From NCBI RefSeq assembly GCF_020745735.1, contig NW_026867467.1, positions 579,074 through 626,479 of the forward strand: DNA of 47,406 nt, read 5' to 3'. This DNA comes from Hemiscyllium ocellatum. Taxonomy: Eukaryota. Positions within the stretch are counted from its first letter, which is position 1, and the number at the start of each line of letters is the position of its first letter. A model generated the notes under the pieces. That model was not told the origin of the DNA. It searched no databases and was given only the letters and a program-made list of their open reading frames with translations. The position numbers and the translations under genes are program-made. This document shows positions 20,921 to 33,669 of the stretch, piece by piece.

Positions 20921-22524
20921 TTTGTGAAATTGATCTGCGTTTTCATGCTTTCTGAATCGAAGTTTTCTTTCTGGTGAGGAGATTGACTCTCTGGAATACT
21001 TTTCATTACCAATATTTGTGAAGTTCTTTTGTTTTTCATGAATCATTTCTGCATTTGTTAAACTTATATGACACATTTTTCTCTGCTTGATTGAAAACAG
21101 GACATCCATTTGTAACGGTCTGAAAAACAACTTAAGGCAGAAACCCAGCTGTGTGAGAAATGAAAAAAAACGAGTTTTTAATGGATTGACTTTTAAAAAA
21201 AAACTCCGTTCTAATTGTAAACGAACTGAATTTTGTTTTGAGTAGCCTCATTCAAAATAAAATTTGGGACCTAAATCTGAAACTGCAGAATTGATCAGAT
21301 CACGTAATTGAAACTAACTTAAAATTATAATGTGGTAATATTTGTCCATTCAGTAATTTTGTTTTGACCATGAGGTGATTAATCAATATATGCCTTCAAC
21401 CCCACTCTACTGTGCGCTGCACAAGATTGTCATGATCAGGAAGGGTGTGCAGGTTAGAAATAAATTGAACTATTGCCAGAAACGTTACAGCTTTAAGTGT
21501 TAAGTCCCCTCAAAACAAGGTTGCTATTATGACCTGTTATTTCTATTCAATTTAATCATTAGTTTGCTTGATTCTGAGCAGCTTTGTTAGACTTCAATTT
21601 GGTTTTATTTGTGAGGTGACATCATGTCCTTGGTTCTGTCGAAAATGTTTGCAGAGCTAGTTCTGCTGCAAACATACCGTGCTGTGATCTGGTGATCGTT
21701 GATCTGTTGAGGAGGGACTGTGCTTGGGTAACATTAAATGTGTTATATTTGGGAAACCGTTTCTGGTTTCTACATTGTTTTTGCAATGTTAACACGGTTG
21801 GTGACAGTGAACTGCTCTTTCCTCATTCAATGCAATCAGCATGCGAGTTAAAATTTCATAAAGTCTATGATAAAGTGAAAGGCAAATCGCACAGGTTTTA
21901 GAAATGAAGGGAAAACAGATACCTTCAGGTGCTATTTTTACTTAAAATAAATAATTAAGGATTAATCTAATCCATGCTTTACAATCCAAATTCGAAACTC
22001 AACTATCTAGTTCAATCACAAGGTCTGTCTTTAAACAGTTTACAAGTCATAGAGAAATATAAATAGAATTTCAAAAGTCGAATGTTCTAATTGTTCTTGC
22101 TCTTGAGCAAAAATACCATGACTGTGCTATAATTGATCAAGAAACACCTTTCAATTCCGCTGTACACTACATACATATTTTTCTGGCTGGAAAAGATCAT
22201 TGGCAAAGACCATTTGGAAATTCTGCTCAATTCTATGAAGAACAGATCAGTTTCACTGCTTTGATCAGTTTCACATATAACTTGAGTTAATTAATTGTTA
22301 TGTCCCTGATTAAACTGGATTTGCAGGATAAAAATAAAACATTAACTGAATTATTTAACCTGCACAGTGCTTTAGGTGTTCCCAATCTGTGCATTTTAAA
22401 TAAATAGTTACATTTTACAACAAAATATCAACTGAAGAGTCATTCTTCGGGAAACAACTGCTATAGTGAATTATGTGACCAACCAAATTTCGAATTAATT
22501 AAAGTAATCCACTCATGAACTCCA

Positions 22525-22870
22525 GGGCAGCATGGTGGCTCAGTGATTGGCATTGCTGCCTCACAGCGCCAGGGTCCCAAATTTGATTCCACCCTCGGGT
22601 GACTGCCTGTGTGGAGTTTGCACATTCTCCCTGTGTCTGTGTGGGTTTCCTTCGGGCGCTGTGGTTTCCTACCACAGTCCAAAAGATGTGCAGGTCAGGT
22701 GATTGTGCAGTTTAGCACAGCCCTAGTGTTCAGGGATGTCTAGGTTAGGGTGCATTAGTCAAGGACAAATATAAATTAGGGGGAATGGGTCTGGGTGGGC
22801 TACTTACTGTTCAGAGGGTCAGTGTGGAATTGTTGGGCCAAATGGCCTGTTTCCATACTGTAGGAACTCT
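22525..22870 (+). mobile_element. tRNA-derived SINE (HE1/V-SINE type)
   Basis: gggcagcatggtggctcagtg (A box) ...gattcc..., V-domain tgtgtggagtttgcacattctccc...gggtttcc, CR1-like tail. Confidence 0.85.
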
Positions 22871-23110
22871 CCTCTTAAAACCATGGGAGTACTTGCTGCA
22901 AACGCAGAAAATTCATTTTACATCGATGTGTTCAGGCGTATGCAGAGTTCACAAATTTGCAGAAGACATGAACTAGAGGATAACAGAGCACATTGTTTAT
23001 TCAAACACTGAAAATAGAGTAATATTTATTTTAATTAATATACTTGATCGATTTATTGCAATGTAGCGATCTGAAGGAATCTGCTCACTTTAGTTCAGTG
23101 TAACAATCAT

Positions 23111-23400
23111 TTAGATTAGATTTCCTGCAGTATGTATCAGGCCATTTGGCCCAACAAGTCCACACCGACCCTCTGAAGAGGAACCCATCCAGACCCATTC
23201 CCCTACCCTATATTTACCCCTGACTGATGCACCTAACACTATAGACAATATAGCATGACCAGTTCACCTGACTTGCACATCTTTGGATTTTGGGAGGAAA
23301 TCCACACAGACACAGGGGAGATTGTGTAAACTCCACATAGGCCGTCACCCGAGGCTGGAACCGAGCCTGGGTACCTGGATCTGTGAGGCAGCAGTGCCCA
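23111..23400 (-). mobile_element. tRNA-derived SINE (HE1/V-SINE type)
   Basis: Reverse-complement homolog of 22525-22870. Confidence 0.85.
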
Positions 23401-26117
23401 CATTTACTTAGACATCCGTTAAAGTGGGCAACTCCAGACAGAAGCATGTTTTCAATTCATACCTTTTTCAACATTTTAGTTCATTACAAGCAGTTAACAA
23501 GAAAATAACCTTGCCCTAATTCCTTCAACAGAAATGCTTTCCACACTGGAATGCAGTATTATTTATGCAGTGCATGCAAAATCTCCACAATTCGAGGAAC
23601 GTTTTAAGAATATGTAAAAATAATTTAGAGAATAATCCATTTCCTCCAGATCTGTGCTTTAATTGGCGATATTTCCCACCTCAATAATTTTGTTAAATAC
23701 AATGACTTATTAAGTTTATGAACTCAGTGGTTATTTATGTTCATTGTGAACACATTCTCGTTCACATTAATCCACTGGTTAGTTCCTCTGATGAATATTC
23801 AATTACAGTGAATATATTTGACGTGAGGAGTTGAGCAATGTATCCTCTGGGATTAAGTCTGTTGTACAGTTTGTTTCAGTGTTATCTCTGACTAACTTGT
23901 CCACGGTCCTGACCATTTATAAATTGTCCAGTTCGGATACCTGAATCTCAGACAGTTCAATTTTATCTCGCGCTTCAAAACCACTTTTATCTGCCAGAAA
24001 TACAATATTTGATTAGGTGCCTCAGAATTGAGAGCCCTGACTAAGTTGTTCCAATCAGAACGAACGTTTCAGGAACAAAAGGCAGATAGCAAGAGTTTTG
24101 AAATTGGTTGTTGACAACAAGAGATATTTGATTGAGCGAGGCAGAGGGAAATATGCTGCATATTTTCTTTGTGCCTCAGTTATGCAGGAGATGTTTCATG
24201 GCACAATGTAAAATCAGAATTTTTTTTGCATCTTATTATTTGAAAACTTATTATCAGCTTTTAATGTTACTGGCGATGGTCTTATTACACTTCAAAATAT
24301 TTTAATCTTTTTCAAACTAAGTAGACCGTCTGGTGCAGCAACATTCACAGGGGAAAGAGGAAGGGAGTTCGAGGTTGGAATCTAGTGACAGTGAATTGAT
24401 GGCAATGCAATTCCTAGTTTTATTGCTCTGTAGTTCCCATTGAGTTTGAACAATTTGGAGCAGCTGTCAAAGTATTCTTGGATAAATGTTGAAATGTTAC
24501 TTTCATTGTACAAACATTCTGGAACAATCCCTGGTTGTTGGAAGGTGTTAATAACTAACATGGTTTATAAACTGTCAAAACAGGTGAGCTGTGTTCTCCG
24601 TGATAGTGTCGAGCTCATTGTGTTCAGGTCTGTTGTGATGTTGTGGTAGGGTCCCTGATTCTGTGCCAGGTGGCCTGTGTTCACTTACAACCTATTAGAG
24701 AGGTATGTAACACCATCTCTTATCAGGTTACTTCAGTACAAGAAAGCAGATTGAGATGTTTGGGTGTTTGTTGGAATTCCACTCACAGAGGCCACTGAAA
24801 TCTATTCAATCGCTGTCCTGACTTGTGTCTCTTAGACATTAAACAGAATTTTGGTGGTTAGCAGCTTTTTCCAGATCAATATTTGTTCACAAGCTTTTGG
24901 GCATCGCTAGATGGGGTTAATGGAGTAAGTGCTCAAAGAAATCCCAGCTTTTGACTTGCTGTCCTAACAATATCATTTATAAATAATCCCGAATGAAACA
25001 TTTTCAAAGTATATTTGATGAGATTTTGCTTAGGCTGTTTTACTTTATATTAAACCAGTGCTGTAGCTGAATTTGATTGTTCAGTACTGTGGGGGTTTCT
25101 GTTGAATCCAACACTTGCAGCAGATGGTGATAGCTTTTCAGTTGGTCTTCCATTGCTATCTCAGACCATCCAGTACCTCTGCTAAGAATCCTTTTTTCAA
25201 CAGGAGTCAAGCCAACGGAATCACTGTTTATCTCAACGGGTGTGAGCTCTTGTGCCAAAAACATGAAAACAATTTGGTGAAGAGGGGGTCTCTGGATGGG
25301 AAAGGTTAAACTTGCCTTCTCTCCACAGGAGCTGCTAGACCTGCTGAGTTTCTTCAGACGTTTCTGTCTTTATTTTGGTTTTCTAGCATTTAAAGTTTGT
25401 TGTTTCATTGAAAAACGTTCTGTTCGATTAAACACGTTCTTCAGAGAAAGGATGCATTTGAACAAATTGCAAATGTTCAGAGATATTATTGAATTTGAGT
25501 GCCCTGATCTCGAGCTGTAGTTTCACAAGAAACTATTATGAAGTAACAACACACTGCAGAGTGCAGTGGCTGCTGTAATTGGGTGGAAGTTATTTTGATC
25601 ACTCAAATAGAGAATGTCAGTGATCCCGTTCAAAATAATCAACAGAAGTTTTTTTTAAAGCATGTGTGAAACAATTAATTTATCGAAATATTTTAATCAA
25701 AAGTATTCACGGCCAGTGCTAGCTTAATGAATGACACAATGATAGGAAGGTAGGAACAAGAGGAGGGCACTCAGCCCCTCTAGTTGTTCCCCCACTTACT
25801 TAGATCATGGTGCATCTGTGAGCTCAATCCACAGATCTCCCTTTGGCTAAAGCTCTTTAACACCTTTGTTTAACAAGCAAAAGCTATCCCAGATTTACTG
25901 ATTTGACTGCCCATAACAAAGGGAGACACCATTTCTGAAAGACATTCCTGTGAGTACTGTGACACAATGAGGTTGGGATTAATTGCTCATGAAAGTAAAC
26001 TTTAAATATCTGACAATTTCCAATTGAAACATCCCAATCATCATATTTCATTAATTTAACACTATACTTCCCTGGAATCAAGAAATATAATGTGTGATTG
26101 CCTTGCTAAAAATGAGG

Positions 26118-26318
26118 AGAAAGTGAGGACTGCAGATGCTGGAGATCAGAGCTGAAAATGTGTTGCTGGAAAAGCACAGCAGGTCAGGCAGCATCCAAGG
26201 AGCAGGAGAATCGACGTTTCGGGCATGAGCCCTTCTTCAGGAAGGGCTCCTTGGATGCTGCCTGCTCCTTGGATGCTGCCTGACCTGCTGCGCTTTTCCA
26301 GCAATACATTTTCAGCAG
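26118..26318. mobile_element. Fold-back PLE-derived repeat with 15-bp TSD
   Basis: TSD ttgctaaaaatgagg at 26103-26117 and 26319-26333; internal duplication of ctccttggatgctgcct. Confidence 0.9.
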
Positions 26319-26417
26319 TTGCTAAAAATGAGGGAAGCTTCATTCCTATTATATGATTAAGAAATAGCTCTGTTCATTCAGTGAAAACACAGTCAAATCA
26401 CTCAAAAGGAAACCATG

Positions 26418-26594
26418 ATTTGGAGATGCTGGTGTTGGACTGGGGTGTACAAAGTTAAAAATCACACAACCCCAGGTTATAGTCCAACAGGTTTAATTGG
26501 AAGCACACTAGCTTTTGGAGTGACGCTCCTTTATCAGGTGATAGTGGAGCGTCACTCCGAAAGCTAGTTTTCTTGGTGTTGTGTGATTTTTAAA
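26418..26594. mobile_element. Second family of fold-back PLE-type repeat with ~14-bp TSD
   Basis: Nested inverted arms aaaaatcacacaac.../...gttgtgtgattttt and ctagcttttggagtgacgctcc/ggagcgtcactccgaaagctag; TSD aaaaggaaaccatg (26404-26417) / aaaaggaaatcatg (26595-26608). Confidence 0.8.
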
Positions 26595-27119
26595 AAAAGG
26601 AAATCATGTCATCTTGTGTAGACACACAAGTGCCTCAAATAATTTTCAATTCTTCTAGTGGTTGTTTGAATCTCGAGACAGGTGTGGAAGTGTCAGACTT
26701 TTTATATCGCCTTGAGAAACAAGTTGTCATCAGTCTATTTGAATTGCTGATGTTTGTGTGGTATTAGCATATTCACAGCGCTGTTTGGAAGTAAGTCCCA
26801 TGGCTGTGATTGAGGAAGAGGAAACGGGCAGGGAAATAGTTGAGAGTTAAGTTGAAGTCTGATATGGAGGAAAGCTTCACATGCATGTGTGCCCTTATCC
26901 TCAAGGATCACAATTTTGGAATATGCTGCCGAACGGACATGTCAGCATGCAAAATGGAAGCTGAAGAAGGCATCTCGGCCTCTCTAGAAGGCTATTCCAT
27001 TCATGGGATCATCATTAATCTTGCTGCTCATCAATCTTCCCAACACACTGATAACATTGAACCTGATTGTTTACTGTTCAACACAAGAATGGTGAATTCG
27101 TTTGGAATTCTCCACCACA

Positions 27120-27470
27120 GAAATTCATAGATTCAAGACTCATAGATTCTTGAAAGCGTTGTCTCAAGTACCTAGTGTGTTGAAGGTGTTTGGCGCACAT
27201 ACCTTCATTGGTCAGAGCACTGAGTGCAGGAGTTAGGGCTTCATGTTGTAATTGTCCAAAACATTGGAATGAACTGCCAGAGGAAGTGGTAAATGCAGAG
27301 CTAGGTCCCACATTGAGAAGCCATTTGAACAGCTACAGGAACTGGATAGGTCTGGATGGATATGGGCCAAAGGCAGGCAAGTGGAATGAGTTTAATTTGG
27401 GAACTCCGGTCAGCATGGATGGGCTGGACCAAGGGAACTGTTTCGGTGCTGTACGACTTTATGTCTCACT
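27120..27470 (+). mobile_element. CR1-type LINE 3' fragment with internal deletion
   Basis: gtgtttggc...ccttcattggtcagagcactgagtgcaggagtt and CR1 3'UTR ending gctgtacgactttatg. Confidence 0.75.
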
Positions 27471-28089
27471 GACTTTATGGTGGATAGGCTCAAAGTTGGA
27501 AGGTGGTGAGCAAGTGAGGGGCTAGATTGGGCATGTGGGAAAGTTTGGGCTGGTAGGCTGGCTGCTGGGTAAGCTTGCGTGCACTCTGTCTGGCAAGGTG
27601 GCATCAAGGGAAATGGTAATGGTCACAGGATAATTTGGTCGAATTGTGCTTGGTAGGTGAGGGGTAGTTTGAGCTGAAATGCAGGAGGTCTGTCTTTGCC
27701 AGGCTGGTTTATGGAGAGGTGGGCAGGATGCCAGGCTGGTTAGTGTAGAGATGGGCAGGGTGCCAGGATGTTTCAGGGGGTGGAAGGTCACTGTAATGAA
27801 GTGACAGGTGGACGTGTTGTCAAAATACAAAGCTCAGAGTCTGGCAAAATGGTAGGTTGTAAAGCACAGATGCCAAAGGAGCTAGGATGCAATGTGCACA
27901 GGTTGTCTTGGGTAAGGTGAGAGGTCAGTGATCAAGGGCTGAGGTCATGTCTTGGGTAGTGGGCTTTTGTCAGAGGTTGTGGAAATGATGGTGTCAGGTC
28001 CAGTCAGGGCCAGGTTCACCATGGACCAGGTACAGGGCGGCAGGAGTGTAAATGACTGAAAGGAATTGAGATCATATGTCCATCTGGAA

Positions 28090-28750
28090 TATAGAATATA
28101 GAACATTACTGTGCAGTACAGGCCCTTCAGCCCTCGATGATTCCACAGGTCAGTGTAAAAATCTGAAGCCTATCTATCCTACACTATTCCATTTTCATCC
28201 ATATGTTTATCCAATGACCTTTTAAATGCCCTTAAAGTGGGCGAGTGTACTATTGTTGCAGGCAGTGCGTTCCATGCCCCTACCACTCTCTGAGTTAAGA
28301 AACAACCTCTGACATCTGTCATCTATGTCCTCTCCTGCTAGCCATCACTATTCAAGGAAAAAGACTTTCACTGTCCACCCTCTGTTTATCTTTTATGTCT
28401 CAATTAAGTCAACCTTCTTCTCTCAAACAAAAACAGCCTCAAGACCCTCATCCTTTCCTCATTAAACCTTCCCGCCATACCAAACAACATCCTGGTAAAC
28501 CTCCTCTGAACTCTTCCAAAGCTTCCACATTCTCTCTATAATGTGGCGACCAGAACAGTACACAATACTCCAAGTGCAGCCACACCAGAGTTTTGTACAG
28601 CTGCAACCTTACCTAGTGGTTCTGAAACTCAGTCCCTCTATCGATGAAAGCCAGCACAAAGTATGCCTTCTTAACAACTCTATCAAACTGGCTGGCAACT
28701 TTTAGGGATCTGTGTACATGGGCACCGAGATCTCTCTGCTCAGCTACACT
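28090..28750 (-). mobile_element. CR1-type LINE 3' end
   Basis: Tail (gaatata)n at ~28088-28105; reverse strand shows LYKTLVWLHLEYCV motif. Confidence 0.85.
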
Positions 28751-29189
28751 GTCAATATGGATTGCCTTGGATGTGTTTTGTGTGATAGGGGGTTGTGTGT
28801 TCCGGGCATGAATGGGTGTATAGCAGGGTGGGGTTTGTCAATGTGAGTGGAAATTTAGGTCTAGGCAGAGTAAGTGCAGTGGTTAGTCTGAGAGATGAGG
28901 TTTGGTGGTGAACTGCGTATCAGTTTGATAGTTATTAAAGTTAAAGATTACTTGTTCATTTCTCAAATCATATTTACATAAATACTCAGCTGTAACACTC
29001 CAAAGTCTCTGAACTTTAATGGTCCTCCATTTTTCAGAGGCCTCCAGAATTCAGATCATTGTAAATTAGATGTTTCAACTTCCAGACAATTGGCCTGAGT
29101 TCAGCCGTGGCAGCCATCCTCCCCGTCCCAGTGCACAGCTCCTGCCTGTGCTGCTGCTGCTGCAGTGACCTTCCTCCCAGAGAGAACAT

Positions 29190-29530
29190 TCTGTCTTGCA
29201 TTGATAAGTGAGGAAGGCTCACTGGACCTGATTTCCAAGTATGGGGATGGCAAACACGAGGGGACACAACTTTAAAGTGAGGAGAGATAGGTATAAGACA
29301 GATAGCAGAGGTAGTTTCTTTACTCATTGAGTAGTAAGGGTATGGAGTGCTTTGCCTGCAATGGTGGTAGATTCGCCAAGTTTAAGTACATTTAAGTTGT
29401 CATTGGACAGGCCTATGCATGTACATGGAATAGTGTAGGTGGGATGGGCTTCATATTAGTATGTCAGGGCAGCGCAACATCGAGGGCCGAAGGGCCTGCA
29501 CTGCACTGTGATGTTCTATGTTCTATGATT
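29190..29530 (+). mobile_element. CR1-type LINE 3' end
   Basis: Typical 3' region ending gttctatgttctatg. Confidence 0.8.
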
Positions 29531-29594
29531 CACTCTGATTTCTCTCCGGGGGTACTGCCAGCTGTTGGGTATTTCCAGCAGCACGGTACCTAGT

Positions 29595-29915
29595 GGGGCG
29601 GCACGCTGGTTCCATGGTTAGCGCTGCTGCCTCACAGTGCTAGGGACTCTGGCTCCATTCCAGCCTCGGGTGACTGTCTGTGTGGAGTTGGCACTTTCTC
29701 CCCATATCTGTGTGCATTTCCTCCCACAGTCCAAATCTGTACAAGCTGGGGAAATTGCAAATGTTGTGTTCAGTGATTGGGAGGTTAGATGCATTAGTCA
29801 GGGTTAACCGTAGCATAATAGGGTAGAGGAATGGGTCTGGATGCGTTTCTTTTCAGAGGGTGGGTGTGGACTTGTTGGGCCAAATGGCCTAATTGCACAC
29901 ACTGTAGAATTTCGA
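29595..29915 (+). mobile_element. tRNA-derived SINE (HE1/V-SINE type)
   Basis: ggggcggcacg...gttagcgctgctgcctcacagtgctaggg...gggtgactgtctgtgtggag; homologous to 22525-22870. Confidence 0.8.
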
Positions 29916-30257
29916 TGAATCTGCATTTCCTTGGTTTGTATTTTGTGAAACTTCTCTGCTCTTCACAGCAATCCAATGAAAGTGTCAATTGGTGAGATCT
30001 TCAAACAGTTACTGGGGTGGGATCAGGATGTTCTTCTTCCTAAATGATATGGCAATGGTCAAGGTCGAGGGCATGTTTCTCAAGAGGGAACCAATGATCA
30101 TGATCAGCAACTGGTAGGAAACAAAAATAAACTCCAGTTATGCTGCAGACTTCAGCGGGAGCATACTGGCAAACGGTTACAGCTGAGGATACATTTGAGT
30201 AACTGATAAGGTCAAATTAACAGAAACTAACATGCTCAATTGGTCATTCTATTGTAG

Positions 30258-30563
30258 AGACACCATCTCCCCCCACGCTTTATGGCCTGGCCTCCTCCTG
30301 TGAGGAGCACAGCACCGGTTCGACAATCTTTGGTTGTTTGGTGATGGACTATTCCCCAGACGTCACCAAGGTAACCTGGAAGAAAGGTGGGGTGCTAATC
30401 ACGAATGGTGGATTGAAGACTTACCCATCAGTGAGAAACAAGAAGGGAACCTACACCCTGAGCAGCCAGTTAACCCTGCCCGGGTCAGCGGTAGATTGCC
30501 CCAGCAAAATCTACTGTGAGGTTCAACACAGCGGGTCTCACAAGAGCAAAGAAATGCCATGTG
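30258..30563 (+). CDS. IGHM: IgM constant exon CH1
   Basis: Acceptor ttgtAG|AG, donor G|GTACGT; 306 nt phase 1-1; [17 protein letters not shown]...[10 protein letters not shown]...VTWKK...[19 protein letters not shown]. Confidence 0.95.
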
Positions 30564-30699
30564 GTACGTATTGTGGGAACTGAGATAAACAGAGCATCTG
30601 GCATTAATATGAATAAGGCATTATTTATAACCATTTTCACAGAATCACCTTATACAGTACAGGAAAAAGGCCCTTTGATCCATCCAGTTTACGCCTATC

Positions 30700-31700
30700 A
30701 ATAACAGCCACCTAACTATTCCAGTCTCATGTGCCAGCACATGATCCATTGCCTTGTGTGACTTGCCCTTGCAAGGATGCATCTCAATACTTCATACTTA
30801 TTATGAGGGGCTCAGTCTCTACATGACTTATAGGTGCTGAGCTCCAGGCTAACACCACCCTCTGTTTGATTTTGTTTTCCCCTGAGATCCACTTGGAACC
30901 TCCTGGCCTTACCTTCACCCTGTGCCCCTGAGGCATTGATCTCTCCATCAAGGGGAAAGGTTTCATCCAGTTTACCCAGTCTATGCCTAAAATAATTCTA
31001 GACATCATGATAATCTTCTCCCTAATTCTCCTCTGCTCCAAGGAAAACCCCTGTCTATCTCATCTAGTTTCATAACTAAAACCCTCCAACCCAGGCAAGA
31101 TCCTGGCAAATCTCATCAATAATGCCTTCAGTGTAATCACATTCTTTCGATAACATGCACACAACGCTTCAGTATGGCCTAACCAGTGTTCTATCAAGTT
31201 CCAGTATCATCTCCCGATTCTTCATTGTCAATGTCTAGGCTAATAAAAGCAAATATCCTCCCACCTCCTTAGTCTCTTTATCCAGACGACACAGTACTAT
31301 AGGGGATCGGTGGGTACATGCACCAAAGATCCTCAGGCCTTTCCAGGGTTCCACCATTCAAAATGTCATACCTCACAGATTCTTCTGCCGAATTACATTA
31401 CCTTACATTTATCCAGAATAATTTCCATTTGCAACTTCTCTTCACATACAACCAACCCTTTTATATCCTCCTACAATCTAAAGCCATAATGCTCATGACT
31501 TACCAACATGACAGTTTTCATTTCATCTGTGAATTCACTGGTTAATCCTCCTAAATTTGAGTCTCAATCATTGGTATGTAAGAGAAATAACGTGGAAATC
31601 AACCCCAATCCCTACAGAACACCAGGAGACATAGATTCCCAGTCACCCAGACACCCGATGACTATTATCCCCTGCTCCCATCACTCAGCCAGTTCTCGAT
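30700..31700 (-). mobile_element. CR1-type LINE RT/3' fragments, degenerate
   Basis: Minus ORF 30784-31041 resembles the CR1 RT C-terminus (...MSRIILGIDWVNWMKPFPLMERS..QGHRVKVR). Confidence 0.7.
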
Positions 31701-31899
31701 CCAATCTGTCAAATTAACTCGGATCCCATTGGCTCTGATTATTGCTATCATCTGGACATCGAGTTATCTCTCTGAAAACTACTATCAAATTGTTACACAT
31801 GACTTTCTCTCAATAAAACTATGCTGAAAATTGTTGATTTATCTTCCAAATGAAGACTAATTTCACTTTTCAATAGTTTCCCTACCACTGAGACTAGCC

Positions 31900-33530
31900 T
31901 GACAGATCTGTGTTTTCATTATTTATCCCTTCCTTTGTCCTGCGTAACAGTGCAACGTTGGCTGATCTACACTCACTTGGCACAACTGCTGTGGCCAGAC
32001 AGTAATTCTAAATTATTGTTAGCGACCCAACTATTTCATCCCTTGCATCGCTCAACCGCTTGGTATACTTTTCATCTGCCCTGGAAATATAACCACTTTT
32101 CATTTAGCAAGACAACACAGAACATCACGTCATGTGCCCTAATTTCTGAAAGTACATCACAACACCCCTCCATGATTTCTGTCCCCACATTGTCCCTCTT
32201 ACTAGTGAACACTGACACAACACATTCGTTTTGACCACAACCTAATCCTCCGGCTCCACTCCAATAATAACACTTAATGGGCATTACTGTTTCCCGAATA
32301 ATTCTTTTATTATGAATGAGCCTGTAACTTTTAAAAATATTTTCCTTTATTTTGACTCCTATTATTTTCTCATGGTCCCTTTTGCTCTTCTAATTCCTTT
32401 GTCTTTCAAACTCCCCCTTGCGCGTTCTGTACTCCATACTAATTTCTATTGTTTTGAGATTTCAGTATAGACAGGAGGCCTCCCTTGTTTCTCCTTATCT
32501 CACCCTCCATGCCCTTTGGTATCCAGAGCACGTTACATTCTTGGTCCCATTCAGTGGCTTCCTGGGAAATGTCCTCCCTATGATTTTCCTGTCTCTTTCT
32601 TAAATGTTTCACACTGCTCTGACTCAGATTTACCAATAAGTGTCAGCTTCCAGTCCACTCTGGTTAAGTCATTACCTGATCTTACTAAAATTGTCCTTCC
32701 CCTTTTCAGAACTTTGGGCCAATTTCTATTCCTTTGCAGTACAATCTGAAATCCAACTGATTTACGATCACTGTCTGCAAAGTGCACCACCATTGATGTT
32801 TTACCCACTGGGTCGACTTCATTCCCAAAAGTTAAGTTCAGGTTCACCCCTCTCTTGCAAGGTCTGGATTAAAATTCTCTGTATTAACACATACTTTGTT
32901 TAAATATTCTCCTGGGGGCATTTTCAGAATTGTGCTCCCTCTAAACGTTAGACAAAATGAATATCCAAGCCTATGCTGAGGAAGTTAAAAACCTCTTTTC
33001 TCATTCCCCTATTTAATTTACATATCTCTGAAATTTATCCATGTATTCGCACTTGGTCTTTTGGATCTATAGTAAGGCCTATCGTGCTCTCCCAGTAGTT
33101 ATGTTTGCTGTATTTTGGTTTTGAAGTACTGTCCATTTGCCTTTGTTCGAGGAGGTATCTATGATTTCATTTCTCTTTACAGCCTAAAATACTCTTGTCA
33201 GAATTGTGACAGAAGCAACATTCCGTGCCGCAAACCCCTGCCCCCATCCTTTTCCATCTTTCCCTGTCTCGCCTGAAGGCACTAAATCCTGGAAAATTGA
33301 ATGGCCACTCCTGCCCCGCTCTCAATATGTCTCCGTGATAGCAACAGCATCATTTCCTCATTTATGCCGGTAATTCATCTGTCTTGATCATCAGACTCTG
33401 TCATTAAAACGAATACCATCCAATGTTGCTATCTCCCTTCTGATGTTACCGGCCTATAGTTTCTATGCCTCCTTGACTCCCTTGCTGTGTCCTATAATTT
33501 TAGCCTTTCACATTGTCCTGATGATCTTTC
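31900..33530 (-). mobile_element. CR1-type LINE ORF1/endonuclease fragments, degenerate patchwork
   Basis: Minus ORFs ..EIMEGCCDVLSEIRAHDVM.., VVHFADSDRKSV..LKRGRTILVRSGNDLTRVDWK; boundaries approximate. Confidence 0.65.
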
Positions 33531-33669
33531 TGTGTGGATCCCAGCGTCTCCAGCACTCTGCACAATTATGATTCTTGTATCCATTAATCACAAGAAACCT
33601 TGATATATGAGAACTGATTGTATTTGTTATGAAATTCATCAGATAATTTATGCGATGTGTTTCCTAAAG

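Noticed and set aside
20873-21130. 85-aa minus-strand ORF
   Set aside because: Derived from the minisatellite and AT-rich intron; no domain features.
22525-29915. tRNA genes
   Set aside because: The A/B boxes belong to tRNA-derived SINE heads; no cloverleaf.
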